The notes under the pieces were generated by a model that searched no databases, was not told the origin of the DNA, and was given only the letters and a program-made list of their open reading frames with translations. Below are positions 29,797-38,346 of a stretch of DNA of 60,531 nt, piece by piece; position 1 is the first letter of the stretch; every line of letters begins with the position of its first letter. The position numbers and the translations under genes were made by a program. Origin of the DNA: a virus (Duplodnaviria; Caudoviricetes); IMG/VR virus record IMGVR_UViG_3300036830_000277, positions 1 through 60,531 of that record. The stretch is one strand, 5' to 3'.

Positions 29797-31517
29797 TGCA
29801 GCCGGGCAATCCGATCGCGTTCGCCCGGCACCGCGACGACTGCGAGCCGCGCTTCCGCTGGATGTGGGAGATGCTGCTGTTCGGCCTCCCGTTCGGCGCA
29901 TCGCGCTCCTGGGCGCGCGTCGGACCGGGCATCGGGGGATTGACGTTCAGCCCGGCGGGATCGCCGGTGATCGCGCACGGCGGCCTCTATACGCCGACGA
30001 GTAGCGACCAGCTCAACAGCAACTCGCTGCCCACTGCGTCACTGCTGCGGATCTCGACCAACATCACGCTGCTCTGGGCGGTCCGGCTCTCGGCGTTCGT
30101 GAGCGACGCCACCGGCGGCGCCGGCGTCCTCTACAACAACCCGAACAGCAGCCCGTTCACCTCGTACTGGCTCTCGACACTTTCCGCGGCTGGTGGGATC
30201 TGGGCATTCGACAATGCGAAGGGGTCGTTCCGCCAGGTGAATAGCGGATCGAGCTTCGCATCGACGGCGGGCGCGCATGCGATCGTCGGCGTCACCGATT
30301 CGTCGACCGATCGGATCTGGGTCGATGGCAAGCTGGCCAACACCAGCGCCAGCAACCTTGCCGCGGCGAATGGCTACTCCTCGACGTCGTTCTTCCAGGT
30401 GGCCGGGTCGACCGGCGGGTCGATTCACCGCGCCGTCACGGTCTGGCGTGCTGCACTCGAGCCGGGGATGATCGAGCGGATCAGCCGCGATCCGCTGGCG
30501 ATGTATCGCTGGCGTCGGCGTCGTAACTACCACTACGCCAGTGCCGCGATCATCGGGTCAGGTGGCGGATCGGTCTCGATTCACGCGAGCGGGACGGCCA
30601 AGGTTGCGGTCGTTGGATCCGGCGGCGGCGTGGTGCATGTGTCCGCGGCGGGGACAGGCACGGTGAAGGTCCAGGGCGCGGGCGGCGGCGCGATCATTAC
30701 GCTGGCGGCGAGCGGTGCCGGGGTGATCAAAGTGGTGGCGGCTGGTGCGGGTGCCATCACAGTTCTGGCAGCCGGATCCGGTGCGATCAAGATCGCGGGC
30801 GCGGGATCAGGAGCCATCACGATCCACGCGGCTGGCGCTGCCGTCATCCCTGTGGTCGCATCTGGCGGTGCCACGATCACGATCGGCGCAGCGGGATCGG
30901 CAGCCGTAAAGGTCACCGGGGCCGGATCCGGGGCGATCGCGATCCATGCTGCTGGGGCAGCGATCGTCGCGATCATCGGGTCTGGCGGCGGGATCGTCGT
31001 CATCCATTCAGCCGGCACCGCGATCATTCCTGTTGTCGGAGCGGGTGGCGCTGCGATCGCCGTCCAGGCGGCTGGCTCTGCCGTCATCCCGATCCTCGGC
31101 ACCGGCGGCGGCGCGATCTCGGTCGGCGGGAGCGGGACGATCGGCTCCGGCACAACGGGCACCGGCGGGGGAGCAGTGGTGCTCCACGGCGCTGGTGTCG
31201 CGACCGTCACCGTGGTCGCGCACGGCACCGGGTTCATCACTCTTGCCGCGGCTGGCATCGGGCTCATTCCAATCACCGGCCACGGTGGTGGGACCGCGGC
31301 AGTGCGCGCAGCTGGTACCGCCAAGGTGGTCGTCAACGGCATCGGGGTCGGTGTGGTTCACATCGCCGCGGCCGGAACCGGGCGCGTCCGCGACACGGTG
31401 ATCCCCAACATCCCGATCGTGAAGTTCTCGAATGGTGTGCTGCGCATCGCCGGCGGCCGCCTCGCGGAGCTGCGCGTTGCTGGCCTTCGCGATGGTTCAT
31501 TCGAGGCGGCTGAATGA
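29796..31517 (+). CDS. LamG/concanavalin-like domain plus Gly/Ala 20-aa repeat fibre protein
   Basis: ITLLWAVR...HAIVGV...IWVDGKL...VWRAAL, then about 14 repeats. Confidence 0.65.
   Translation: MQPGNPIAFARHRDDCEPRFRWMWEMLLFGLPFGASRSWARVGPGIGGLTFSPAGSPVIAHGGLYTPTSSDQLNSNSLPTASLLRISTNITLLWAVRLSAFVSDATGGAGVLYNNPNSSPFTSYWLSTLSAAGGIWAFDNAKGSFRQVNSGSSFASTAGAHAIVGVTDSSTDRIWVDGKLANTSASNLAAANGYSSTSFFQVAGSTGGSIHRAVTVWRAALEPGMIERISRDPLAMYRWRRRRNYHYASAAIIGSGGGSVSIHASGTAKVAVVGSGGGVVHVSAAGTGTVKVQGAGGGAIITLAASGAGVIKVVAAGAGAITVLAAGSGAIKIAGAGSGAITIHAAGAAVIPVVASGGATITIGAAGSAAVKVTGAGSGAIAIHAAGAAIVAIIGSGGGIVVIHSAGTAIIPVVGAGGAAIAVQAAGSAVIPILGTGGGAISVGGSGTIGSGTTGTGGGAVVLHGAGVATVTVVAHGTGFITLAAAGIGLIPITGHGGGTAAVRAAGTAKVVVNGIGVGVVHIAAAGTGRVRDTVIPNIPIVKFSNGVLRIAGGRLAELRVAGLRDGSFEAAE
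30545..31388 (+). repeat. About 14 imperfect 60-bp (20-aa) coding repeats
   Basis: Units such as AIIGSGGGSVSIHASGTAKV and KVTGAGSGAIAIHAAGAAIV. Confidence 0.8.
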
Positions 31518-31894
31518 CCGACTTCCGCCAGGCGTTCTACACGCCAGTCGCCTCTGGCACCAGCGCGTCACTGCAACTGCAGCTGACCGATGGCGACGAT
31601 GCCGACCTCGCCGGCAACGTCGTCGACGAGGTCACGTTGACGCTCTTCGACCGGGCAACCGGCCGCATCCTGAATAGCCGCTCGGCCTCGAACGTCCTCA
31701 ACGCTGGCGGCGGGACACTCAGCGATAGTGGCCTGCTCGACCTGGATCTCTCGCCGGCGGATAACGCCATGGCTGACGCCGGCGCCTGCACCGAAGAGCA
31801 TGTGGCGCGGCTCGATTGGACATGGAATGGCGGCGATGATACCGGCACGAAAGAGATGACCTTCACCGTCATCCGTCGGCTCGCGCCCGCCTGA
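31514..31894 (+). CDS. Putative Ig-like virion protein
   Basis: Acidic beta protein; LSPADN...EEHVARLDWTW. Confidence 0.5.
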   Translation: MTDFRQAFYTPVASGTSASLQLQLTDGDDADLAGNVVDEVTLTLFDRATGRILNSRSASNVLNAGGGTLSDSGLLDLDLSPADNAMADAGACTEEHVARLDWTWNGGDDTGTKEMTFTVIRRLAPA

Positions 31895-31898
31895 TCGG

Positions 31899-32588
31899 AT
31901 GACCTCCTGGCAGAAGGCGCTCGCAGTCGTCGGACTCGTCGTCGCTGCACTCGCGGGCGGCTACGCCATCTGTCATTCCGCCGCGGCCGCGGCGGCGCAG
32001 CGATCGGCCGACAGTCTGGCTGTTATCGAGCGGTCGCGCGATAGCCTGGCAGCGATCGCTGACGCGGAGCGGGCGCGCGCCGACTCGATTGCTCGCGCCG
32101 ACACGCTGATGGCGTCGGCTGCGGAGCGGGTAGCGGCCGCCGCACGGGCGCTGGCCCGCAAGGACTCCGTCGCAGCCGATGACGCGATGGCCGAACTCGC
32201 AACGAAGACGTCCGCTGCGGACTCCTTCCCGGTATATCGGGATCGAATTGTGCCGGCCAAGGATCGTGAAATCGCCGATCTGCGTATTTCGGCCGACTCA
32301 TCGAGGAAAGCCGCTGACGGATGGCACGATGCCTATCTCTGGCAGATCGAGAGCAGCGCAGCGCTCTGGCGTCGGCTGGCGATCACCGATTCAACCAACG
32401 CCGATCAGCGGGCGCAGCTGCTCGCCGACGCGAAGGCGATGACGAAGGTGCCATCGCCGTGGTCGAAGCTGGAGTCCGCGGCCGAGACCGGCGCGATCGG
32501 CGCCGCGACGACCGGCGCCTGCGCTCACAAACTACTTTCTGTCGGCTGCATCGCCGGTGCGGTGGTCATCGTGAAGAGGGTGCTGTGA
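31899..32588 (+). CDS. Putative spanin/Rz-like protein
   Basis: N-terminal TM, long Ala-rich coiled coil, hydrophobic C-terminus. Confidence 0.5.
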   Translation: MTSWQKALAVVGLVVAALAGGYAICHSAAAAAAQRSADSLAVIERSRDSLAAIADAERARADSIARADTLMASAAERVAAAARALARKDSVAADDAMAELATKTSAADSFPVYRDRIVPAKDREIADLRISADSSRKAADGWHDAYLWQIESSAALWRRLAITDSTNADQRAQLLADAKAMTKVPSPWSKLESAAETGAIGAATTGACAHKLLSVGCIAGAVVIVKRVL

Positions 32589-33082
32589 GCGGCCGAACGA
32601 CCGGTCACGGCAGCTTCCTTCTGTGGCCACTCGTGAGGCATGAGACCATCGTCGACAGCGACGATCCCCGGCTGGCGCACATCATTCCTGCCTTCCGTCA
32701 GCGGCTTGTTGCCGAAGCGAATAGCCTCGCAGGGCTGTATGGTGCGCCGGTCTTCCTCGTCGGATCGGCCATTCGCGTCGACAACCAGATTCCGCGAGAC
32801 TTCGATCTCCGGGTTCCGCTGAAGGATTTCGATTTCCAGATCCGATTCGGCGGCTCGGCCGGGGACTGGGAGGAACAGGGGGTCACCGGCGATTGGCAGG
32901 GCGTCCGCTGGCAGTGGTCAGATGATTGCGTGCATCAATCGAAGAACGCCACCATGAACGTGCATCACCTCTGCGATGTGCAGATCCAGCCGCTCAGCTA
33001 CTTCGAGAAGCACGGCGGCCCTCGCATTCGACTCGACACCCGCGGTCGCTTCGCCGCATCATTGCAGATCCATGGCGGATAA
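32585..33082 (+). CDS. Pol-beta superfamily nucleotidyltransferase-like protein
   Basis: PVFLVGSA...PRDFDLRV...CDVQIQ (GS, DxD, D). Confidence 0.65.
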   Translation: MSGRTTGHGSFLLWPLVRHETIVDSDDPRLAHIIPAFRQRLVAEANSLAGLYGAPVFLVGSAIRVDNQIPRDFDLRVPLKDFDFQIRFGGSAGDWEEQGVTGDWQGVRWQWSDDCVHQSKNATMNVHHLCDVQIQPLSYFEKHGGPRIRLDTRGRFAASLQIHGG

Positions 33083-33094
33083 TCGTCGCCCGAT

Positions 33095-33364
33095 CCCCCC
33101 GCTGGGCCGTCGGCATGGTGCTCCCCGCGCTCCATATCAACGGCCCCTCACGGGGCCGTCTCGCCGTCATGGGAAAGCAAACGCCCCGGATCTCTCCGGA
33201 GCGTGTCGATTGGGTCCCTTCCATGAAACGCCAGCGCCCCGAAACCTGACCGGGGCGTTGGAGGTAAGCCTGGCCGCGACGGTGAGTCACATCGCCTTCC
33301 GCGCGTCAGTTGCTCATGGCTCGCTCCCAGATCGAGTGAACAGCGTCCCTCCAATGGCGACGCT
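33095..33364 (-). ncRNA. Candidate structured small RNA
   Basis: At least 5 hairpins in a 310-bp intergenic region, downstream of TTGACG-N16-TACCTT on the minus strand. Confidence 0.35.
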
Positions 33365-33394
33365 TCAAGGTACTGTATCGGCACGTTTCGTCAA

Positions 33395-34204
33395 CTATTC
33401 ATATCCGATCGGCTGCTCTGGGTCCTTCCGAGGGCCGCCCTGCTCGAGCTCCATCAACTGCTTCACAAGGCTATGGACCTTTGCTGCCCGATGGGCATCC
33501 ATCCGGCCGCTATGCCAACGGTCGAACAACCATACGCAGCTCGGAAAGTTCCCCGACGTCTCGCGCGCGCGTGCTTCAATAAAGAGAGGATAGAAGAGCA
33601 TGATCATCTCGCAATAGATCGGGGTGAGCGCCTCAGCCGCGACGTCGCAGCCTGCAAGTCCGCTGCGGAAATACATCGCCCACCATTCGAGATTGTTCAT
33701 GAACGCCATCGCGCGGTTGCTCAGATCTCCGGGCAACTTCCTGATCCATTCGACGGCGCGCGGAACTTGATCCCGTTCGACGTGCGTGCCGAAGACGACG
33801 TTCTCAGAGTTGGACACGAAAAGCTGAACCTTCTGCTCGCGGAACGCCTGCCGAATCGCCCAGTAGTTGTTGAGGATCGATTTCGCGAATTCGACACAGC
33901 GCTCGGTCGCATTCGCTCGCGCCTCGCGTAATGCCCGGTCACGCATGTCCTTCTTGGTCAGCCGGAGCGCATAGAGCCCAAATACAGCGACGAGCCCCAG
34001 GGCCAGCGTCGCGAGCACAAGGACTGCCGTCCAAAATGCCGTCGGGTTGTCCGGCATCGCGAGCGATGCGAGCTGCGGCCACGAGCGAATGACGACTGAC
34101 CATATGATCGCCCCCAGCACCGCGCTGATAGTCACGACCACGATGAGGATCCGCCATCCGAACGTGGCTACGATGCGCTTGCCGATGTGCTTGGCGCTGG
34201 TCAT
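33395..34204 (-). CDS. Two-TM membrane protein with helical C-terminal domain (DUF4760-like)
   Basis: Two hydrophobic helices; FMNNLEWWA...G pattern; lower GC than the structural genes. Confidence 0.6.
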   Translation of the reverse strand: MTSAKHIGKRIVATFGWRILIVVVTISAVLGAIIWSVVIRSWPQLASLAMPDNPTAFWTAVLVLATLALGLVAVFGLYALRLTKKDMRDRALREARANATERCVEFAKSILNNYWAIRQAFREQKVQLFVSNSENVVFGTHVERDQVPRAVEWIRKLPGDLSNRAMAFMNNLEWWAMYFRSGLAGCDVAAEALTPIYCEMIMLFYPLFIEARARETSGNFPSCVWLFDRWHSGRMDAHRAAKVHSLVKQLMELEQGGPRKDPEQPIGYE

Positions 34205-34208
34205 TGCC

Positions 34209-34655
34209 TCACGCCACCTTCGTCGATCGCCGTGCTGCCACCTGACGCGCCGGCTTCGATCGCCGGCCGGACGGCGCGCGGGATTCCAGATAGTTCACGA
34301 GCCCGGTCCGGCTGATCTGCGTCATCTTCCCCACCTTGCGAAGTACGCCAGCGGGGATGCGGCCCTGGTGGATCTGGACGCGGAGCGTCGCCGGGGTGAG
34401 CTGCTCTCCCTCTTCGGCGGCGTACGCTGCGGCCTCGACGAGGGAGAGCCACTTGTCCTCGGGCTCGGGCACCTCATCGAACACGCCCTTCGGCAGCATG
34501 ACGGAGGCACTGAGCACGGTGAACGAGACGACCTGCCCTGCCCGGTTCCGGTCGACAAGGATTCCCGGAATGTTCTCCTCTGTCGTCAGCGGACCGGGCC
34601 GGAGGTCGAGGGCGATGCGGAACGTGTCCGCATCGCGAGAGTAGGTCGCCTTCAT
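34209..34655 (-). CDS. DUF2283-like antitoxin fused to an HTH domain
   Basis: MKATYSRDADTFRI...GILVD...GQVVSFTVL; LSLVEAA...TLRVQIHQGRIPA. Confidence 0.75.
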   Translation of the reverse strand: MKATYSRDADTFRIALDLRPGPLTTEENIPGILVDRNRAGQVVSFTVLSASVMLPKGVFDEVPEPEDKWLSLVEAAAYAAEEGEQLTPATLRVQIHQGRIPAGVLRKVGKMTQISRTGLVNYLESRAPSGRRSKPARQVAARRSTKVA

Positions 34656-34930
34656 TTCTTCTTCCCTTCCAACCGCCGCCGTTTCGTGGGGCGATTGATC
34701 CAATGGTTTGAGATGACGAGGTCGTGGTCTGGACGGCGTAGGAAGACCACCTTGAGGGTCTTCCGGCCGAACGTCGCGCACCGGGAGAACCGGGTCTCAG
34801 CGCCCGTGTGGGTCACCGCTTCACACTCGCGACCTGCTTCCATCGTTATCCGAACCTGCCACCGCTTCACATTATGGTCGGTGAGGTCATCGACCGCGTG
34901 CACCGAGAGAACCAGCTTCCGTATCGTCAT
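34652..34930 (-). CDS. DUF4258-like (RelE-superfamily) toxin
   Basis: LVLSVHA...GRKTLKVVF...LVIS; stop overlaps the DUF2283 start. Confidence 0.65.
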   Translation of the reverse strand: MTIRKLVLSVHAVDDLTDHNVKRWQVRITMEAGRECEAVTHTGAETRFSRCATFGRKTLKVVFLRRPDHDLVISNHWINRPTKRRRLEGKKK

Positions 34931-34936
34931 GCAAGG

Positions 34937-34965
34937 AATATAAACGCTGTCGTTTATATAGTCAA
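34937..34965 (-). promoter_or_regulatory. Sigma70 promoter with palindromic operator; leaderless TA transcript
   Basis: TTGACT-N17-TATATT ending 6 nt before ATG; ATATAAACG-N4-CGTTTATAT at 34938-34959. Confidence 0.8.
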
Positions 34966-35393
34966 GGGGTCGGTTTCGACCCTCTTGGCTTCCCGCCCAG
35001 CACCGTCATCCCATGCAGGATCGCCAGTTGCAGCTTGGCCGATGCCGGCTGCCGGTGCATCTGGATGGCGTAGGGATCGCCGCGCTTGCCGGTGAGGTAA
35101 ACGGCCGCGACCTGCTCGCCGTCGATCGCGGCGGATGCAATCCCCTTCGCCACCGTCCAGACGATCTGCATCTCGTCACTCGCCTGCTTCGCGGCGAGCA
35201 CGACGGCGGCACCCCGCGGCACGCCAACGTGAATGTCGGGCCGCGCCTTGCGCGAGATCTCGGCGTGCAGCACGTCCGGGCCATACATCAGCGATACCCG
35301 CACGTCATCGAATGCCGTCTCATAGCGGACATTCCCGCTGCGTGGATCGCCGAGCTTCACCGGATCGGACCACGGCCATGGACGGCGCGTCAT
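34962..35393 (-). CDS. Hypothetical protein
   Basis: ATGA-coupled to upstream ORF. Confidence 0.55.
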   Translation of the reverse strand: MTRRPWPWSDPVKLGDPRSGNVRYETAFDDVRVSLMYGPDVLHAEISRKARPDIHVGVPRGAAVVLAAKQASDEMQIVWTVAKGIASAAIDGEQVAAVYLTGKRGDPYAIQMHRQPASAKLQLAILHGMTVLGGKPRGSKPTP

Positions 35394-36001
35394 GGCTTGT
35401 CGTAGATCGCGCTATCGGGAAAGACGGTGGCGAGGAAGAGACGGAGCGAAAGGAGCCGCTTCACCTCGAGCTTGCCTTCGCGATAACCATGCGCTCCCTG
35501 CAATCGCCAATAGCCGGAATCGGCTCGGGCCAGCGTGAAGAGCTGCTGAGATGATATGATCAGCGGCACCGACTCCGACGCATGTTTCCCGGGGCCGCGA
35601 TCTCCGACCTCCCGATCCGGGGCATCGATGGCCCGGAGAGAGATCTCTTCATCGTTGGCGATGAATTGGAGCGCGACGCTGCCCGTCTCCGGGATGAATT
35701 GCCAGTCCACTCCGCAGTAGGAAATTGCGACGACGAACATGGTGTCAATCGGCGTCGTAATCAGGCGGCGCCAGCTCGCGGAGATGGTCGCCTCGCAGGC
35801 TCCGAGTGTGCATCCGCTTCGCGCGATCTCGCGGGGATACGTGAACAGCTTCTGCACGTGGGTGAATCGGTCGATCTCCGAAACCTGAAAATCGTCCTTC
35901 GAATGAAGGTCAAGCGGTCGCAGCGGTGGCCGCGGAGTTTTCTGCCCCGACGCTGCGCTGGCGACGACAAGCACCAACGAAATGGCGGAGACCATCCTCA
36001 C
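35390..36001 (-). CDS. Secreted hypothetical protein
   Basis: Signal peptide AISLVLVVASAASG; GGGAG RBS. Confidence 0.65.
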   Translation of the reverse strand: MRMVSAISLVLVVASAASGQKTPRPPLRPLDLHSKDDFQVSEIDRFTHVQKLFTYPREIARSGCTLGACEATISASWRRLITTPIDTMFVVAISYCGVDWQFIPETGSVALQFIANDEEISLRAIDAPDREVGDRGPGKHASESVPLIISSQQLFTLARADSGYWRLQGAHGYREGKLEVKRLLSLRLFLATVFPDSAIYDKP

Positions 36002-36032
36002 GGCGATGCTCCCTTAATGGGGATGAGAATGA

Positions 36033-36500
36033 TCACGGCGACGGCATCTGAAGCTGGCCATCCTGCCAATGTCCAGAGTTCAGCGCCCAGTCACCGTAAC
36101 CGATCGCGAGTCCGGCTCCAGCGAATATCCCGATCTCTCCCAGGCGGTGACCTGTCCACGGTCGACGCGACTCATTCAGCCCCTGCGCACCGAGATCTGC
36201 GACCACAAAGAGCATCGTCCAGATGAGGATCGGCGGACCAGCGCTCCGGCCCTCCCATCGCTGCACGCGCAGGTTGGCGAGGGCTCGACGCGCGTTTCCG
36301 CGGTCGGTGTCGAGGACGATAGAATCCCTGGAGATCGCCAGCAGCGATCCCTCTGTCCAATCGCGATCTGCCGGGCCACGGATTCTCATCGCATCACCCT
36401 GCGTTACGTGCTGGCCAATTGGGAGCGCACCGGGGAGTGACGCAGACTGCGCGTGAAGCGGCGACGCTACCGCGAAAATGGCGAATGCGATCCACTTCAC
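36033..36500 (-). CDS. Signal-peptide membrane protein
   Basis: MKWIAFAIFAVASPLHAQ; two C-terminal hydrophobic segments; GAGGA RBS. Confidence 0.65.
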   Translation of the reverse strand: MKWIAFAIFAVASPLHAQSASLPGALPIGQHVTQGDAMRIRGPADRDWTEGSLLAISRDSIVLDTDRGNARRALANLRVQRWEGRSAGPPILIWTMLFVVADLGAQGLNESRRPWTGHRLGEIGIFAGAGLAIGYGDWALNSGHWQDGQLQMPSP

Positions 36501-36592
36501 GTTGATCCTCTGTTGACGGGGTTGCGGGATCTTGGATTTCGTGCGACTATCTGCCGGTGCTTCTTCGGTACCGCTGTTCCTCGGAGAAACGT

Positions 36593-36862
36593 ATGGCTGT
36601 GACTTGGTATATCGCCCGCCGGCGTCACCGGCATCTTGGAGCTTGGCCCGGCGACTACGTCGCCTACGACCCCTCTTCCTCAGACCCCATCAGGCTATAT
36701 CGACGGCTGCCCCCGAATCACGGAGCCTTGCTCGGCGCGATTGAAATGGGCGCGCTCGTCGAATGCGACCCTAACCTGCCTTCCGCCCGGTTGAACCAGG
36801 AGGTGCATCACCGCCAGGCCGATTCTCATCCAGTTCGACCGCCCATCCGGGTCGTGAAGTAG
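36593..36862 (+). CDS. Hypothetical protein convergent with and overlapping the repressor gene
   Basis: GGAGA RBS before ATG at 36593. Confidence 0.5.
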   Translation: MAVTWYIARRRHRHLGAWPGDYVAYDPSSSDPIRLYRRLPPNHGALLGAIEMGALVECDPNLPSARLNQEVHHRQADSHPVRPPIRVVK

Positions 36863-37238
36863 CCAGCAGCGCCTCGAGCTCTGCGATCTGGCCGGTCAGC
36901 TTCGCGACGGTCTGACGCATCCGCGAGACCAGATCCGGCTGCGGCATCGCGCCCGCGTCGCGGATAATGGCACGCTTAGCTCGCGCGGCCGATTGATCAG
37001 GACCATGGAGTAGCCTTTCCGTAGTCGTTTCAAGCACATCAGCTAGGCGCCGCATCGTCCGTTTCTGCGGCTCGAATTCGTTGCGCTCCCATCGCGAGAC
37101 CGTCACCGAATCCTTTCCAACCTTCGCGCCGAGCTCTTGTTGAGTGAGCATGCGCGTTTCACGTGCAATCCGTATCCGATCGCCGAGGGTTTCTGGCCCT
37201 CGGGCAGGGGGCTTGACAGCTAGGCGTTTTCTAGCCAT
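36771..37238 (-). CDS. CI-like XRE repressor with no peptidase domain
   Basis: LGDRIRIARE..LTQQELG..VG....TVSRWER..EP; divergent from early operon. Confidence 0.88.
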   Translation of the reverse strand: MARKRLAVKPPARGPETLGDRIRIARETRMLTQQELGAKVGKDSVTVSRWERNEFEPQKRTMRRLADVLETTTERLLHGPDQSAARAKRAIIRDAGAMPQPDLVSRMRQTVAKLTGQIAELEALLATSRPGWAVELDENRPGGDAPPGSTGRKAG

Positions 37239-37297
37239 TATGATGGCGTTGACGTAACAAACGATAGGTCACTAGGCACCCACTAGGCGGTAACGTA
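37213..37297. promoter_or_regulatory. Immunity switch region: rightward promoter and candidate operators
   Basis: TTGACA-N17-CATTAT (37213-37241) with GCTAG..CTAGC inverted repeat; CACTAGGC twice at 37270-37288. Confidence 0.55.
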
Positions 37298-37501
37298 ATG
37301 GCAGACAACAACTTGGACGGCTCAACGCTACGTGAAATCAACGGTCGCAGCAAGCGTGCGTGGGCCGCTACCTCGATCAACTTCCCGCCGGAACTGATCG
37401 AGAAGGTTGATCAGATCGCCAGAGAGTTCGAAATGCCGCGCAACACGGTGGTCATCTACGCAGTCGAACTCATGCTCGCATCCGCGCCGGTCCAGCCGTG
37501 A
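37298..37501 (+). CDS. Cro-position ribbon-helix-helix regulator
   Basis: TSINFPPELIEKVDQIA....RNTVVIYAVE. Confidence 0.7.
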   Translation: MADNNLDGSTLREINGRSKRAWAATSINFPPELIEKVDQIAREFEMPRNTVVIYAVELMLASAPVQP

Positions 37502-37938
37502 CCTCGATCGCGAGCGAGACAATGCAGCCGAGCAATCGGCGGCGCTACGGGGGATCGCAGCCAGCCCCCCACACCGCCATCGTCTACCAGCACGTCGCAG
37601 AGCGACTCGGGCCGCGTTGCACTGCGAAAGGCGTCGAGCACAAGGTGGCCCGCGCCGTGCTGCTGCTCGAAATCACGATCGAGGAAGCCCACCGGACCGG
37701 CAACTTCGCGCAATGCGATGAGATCTTCGCGCGATTGAACGCCCATCGTCACACGCACGCGACCTCCCGCGACAACGCACTGCGTCGTCACGCGATCGCT
37801 GACTCCACTGAGCAGGTCGAACGATGCGCTTGGCAGGAGGCGACGAACGCCGCCGCGGCCCGCCGAGAAATCGACGCGCTCGCGGACGAGATCGCCGCGG
37901 CCGAGGTGCTCATGGTGCAGATGGAGGGCGCCAAGTGA
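37498..37938 (+). CDS. Hypothetical protein (CII-like position)
   Basis: GTGA-coupled after cro-like gene. Confidence 0.55.
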   Translation: MTSIASETMQPSNRRRYGGSQPAPHTAIVYQHVAERLGPRCTAKGVEHKVARAVLLLEITIEEAHRTGNFAQCDEIFARLNAHRHTHATSRDNALRRHAIADSTEQVERCAWQEATNAAAARREIDALADEIAAAEVLMVQMEGAK

Positions 37939-38039
37939 ATCCAGCTGACCTGTTGGGCCGTGCCGTCGTCGTGCTGCTCGCTTCGGTGTTCGTCTGCTCC
38001 CTCCTCGACCTCGCGCGTGCTGCGTGGCGGCACCTGTGA
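37935..38039 (+). CDS. Single-TM microprotein (34 aa)
   Basis: GGAGG RBS, GTGA coupling, AVVVLLASVFVCSLL. Confidence 0.55.
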   Translation: MNPADLLGRAVVVLLASVFVCSLLDLARAAWRHL

Positions 38040-38221
38040 ACCCGGCCCTCTGGCTGATCAACGCCATCGGCTTCGTGATGCTCGGCGTTCTCGGACTGAT
38101 CGTCGCGCTGGCGGCGGTGTTCTTCGCCTGCGTCGCGATCGCGGCGGTGATCTGCCTCCCATTCTACCGTGATGACTGGCGCAGTGTGCCGGGCGCGATG
38201 ATCCCCGGGGGTGAGGGATGA
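38036..38221 (+). CDS. Hydrophobic microprotein (61 aa)
   Basis: GTGA coupling, long hydrophobic stretch. Confidence 0.6.
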   Translation: MNPALWLINAIGFVMLGVLGLIVALAAVFFACVAIAAVICLPFYRDDWRSVPGAMIPGGEG

Positions 38222-38346
38222 ACGCCCATGAATGGTTCATCACGATCGGGATCTTCGCGGCCGCGATGATCGTGGTCGGCGGAATCATGTGGGGTATCGG
38301 CCGAGTGCTCGACAAGATGCTCAAACCGATGGGAGACGAACGGTGA
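38218..38346 (+). CDS. Single-TM microprotein (42 aa)
   Basis: ATGA coupling; WFITIGIFAAAMIVVGGIMWGIG. Confidence 0.6.
   Translation: MNAHEWFITIGIFAAAMIVVGGIMWGIGRVLDKMLKPMGDER

Noticed and set aside
30545-31388. Possible CRISPR array or DGR repeats
   Set aside because: Repeats are degenerate and protein-level; no identical repeats with spacers, no reverse transcriptase or cas gene seen, and no adenine-specific TR/VR pair noticed by eye
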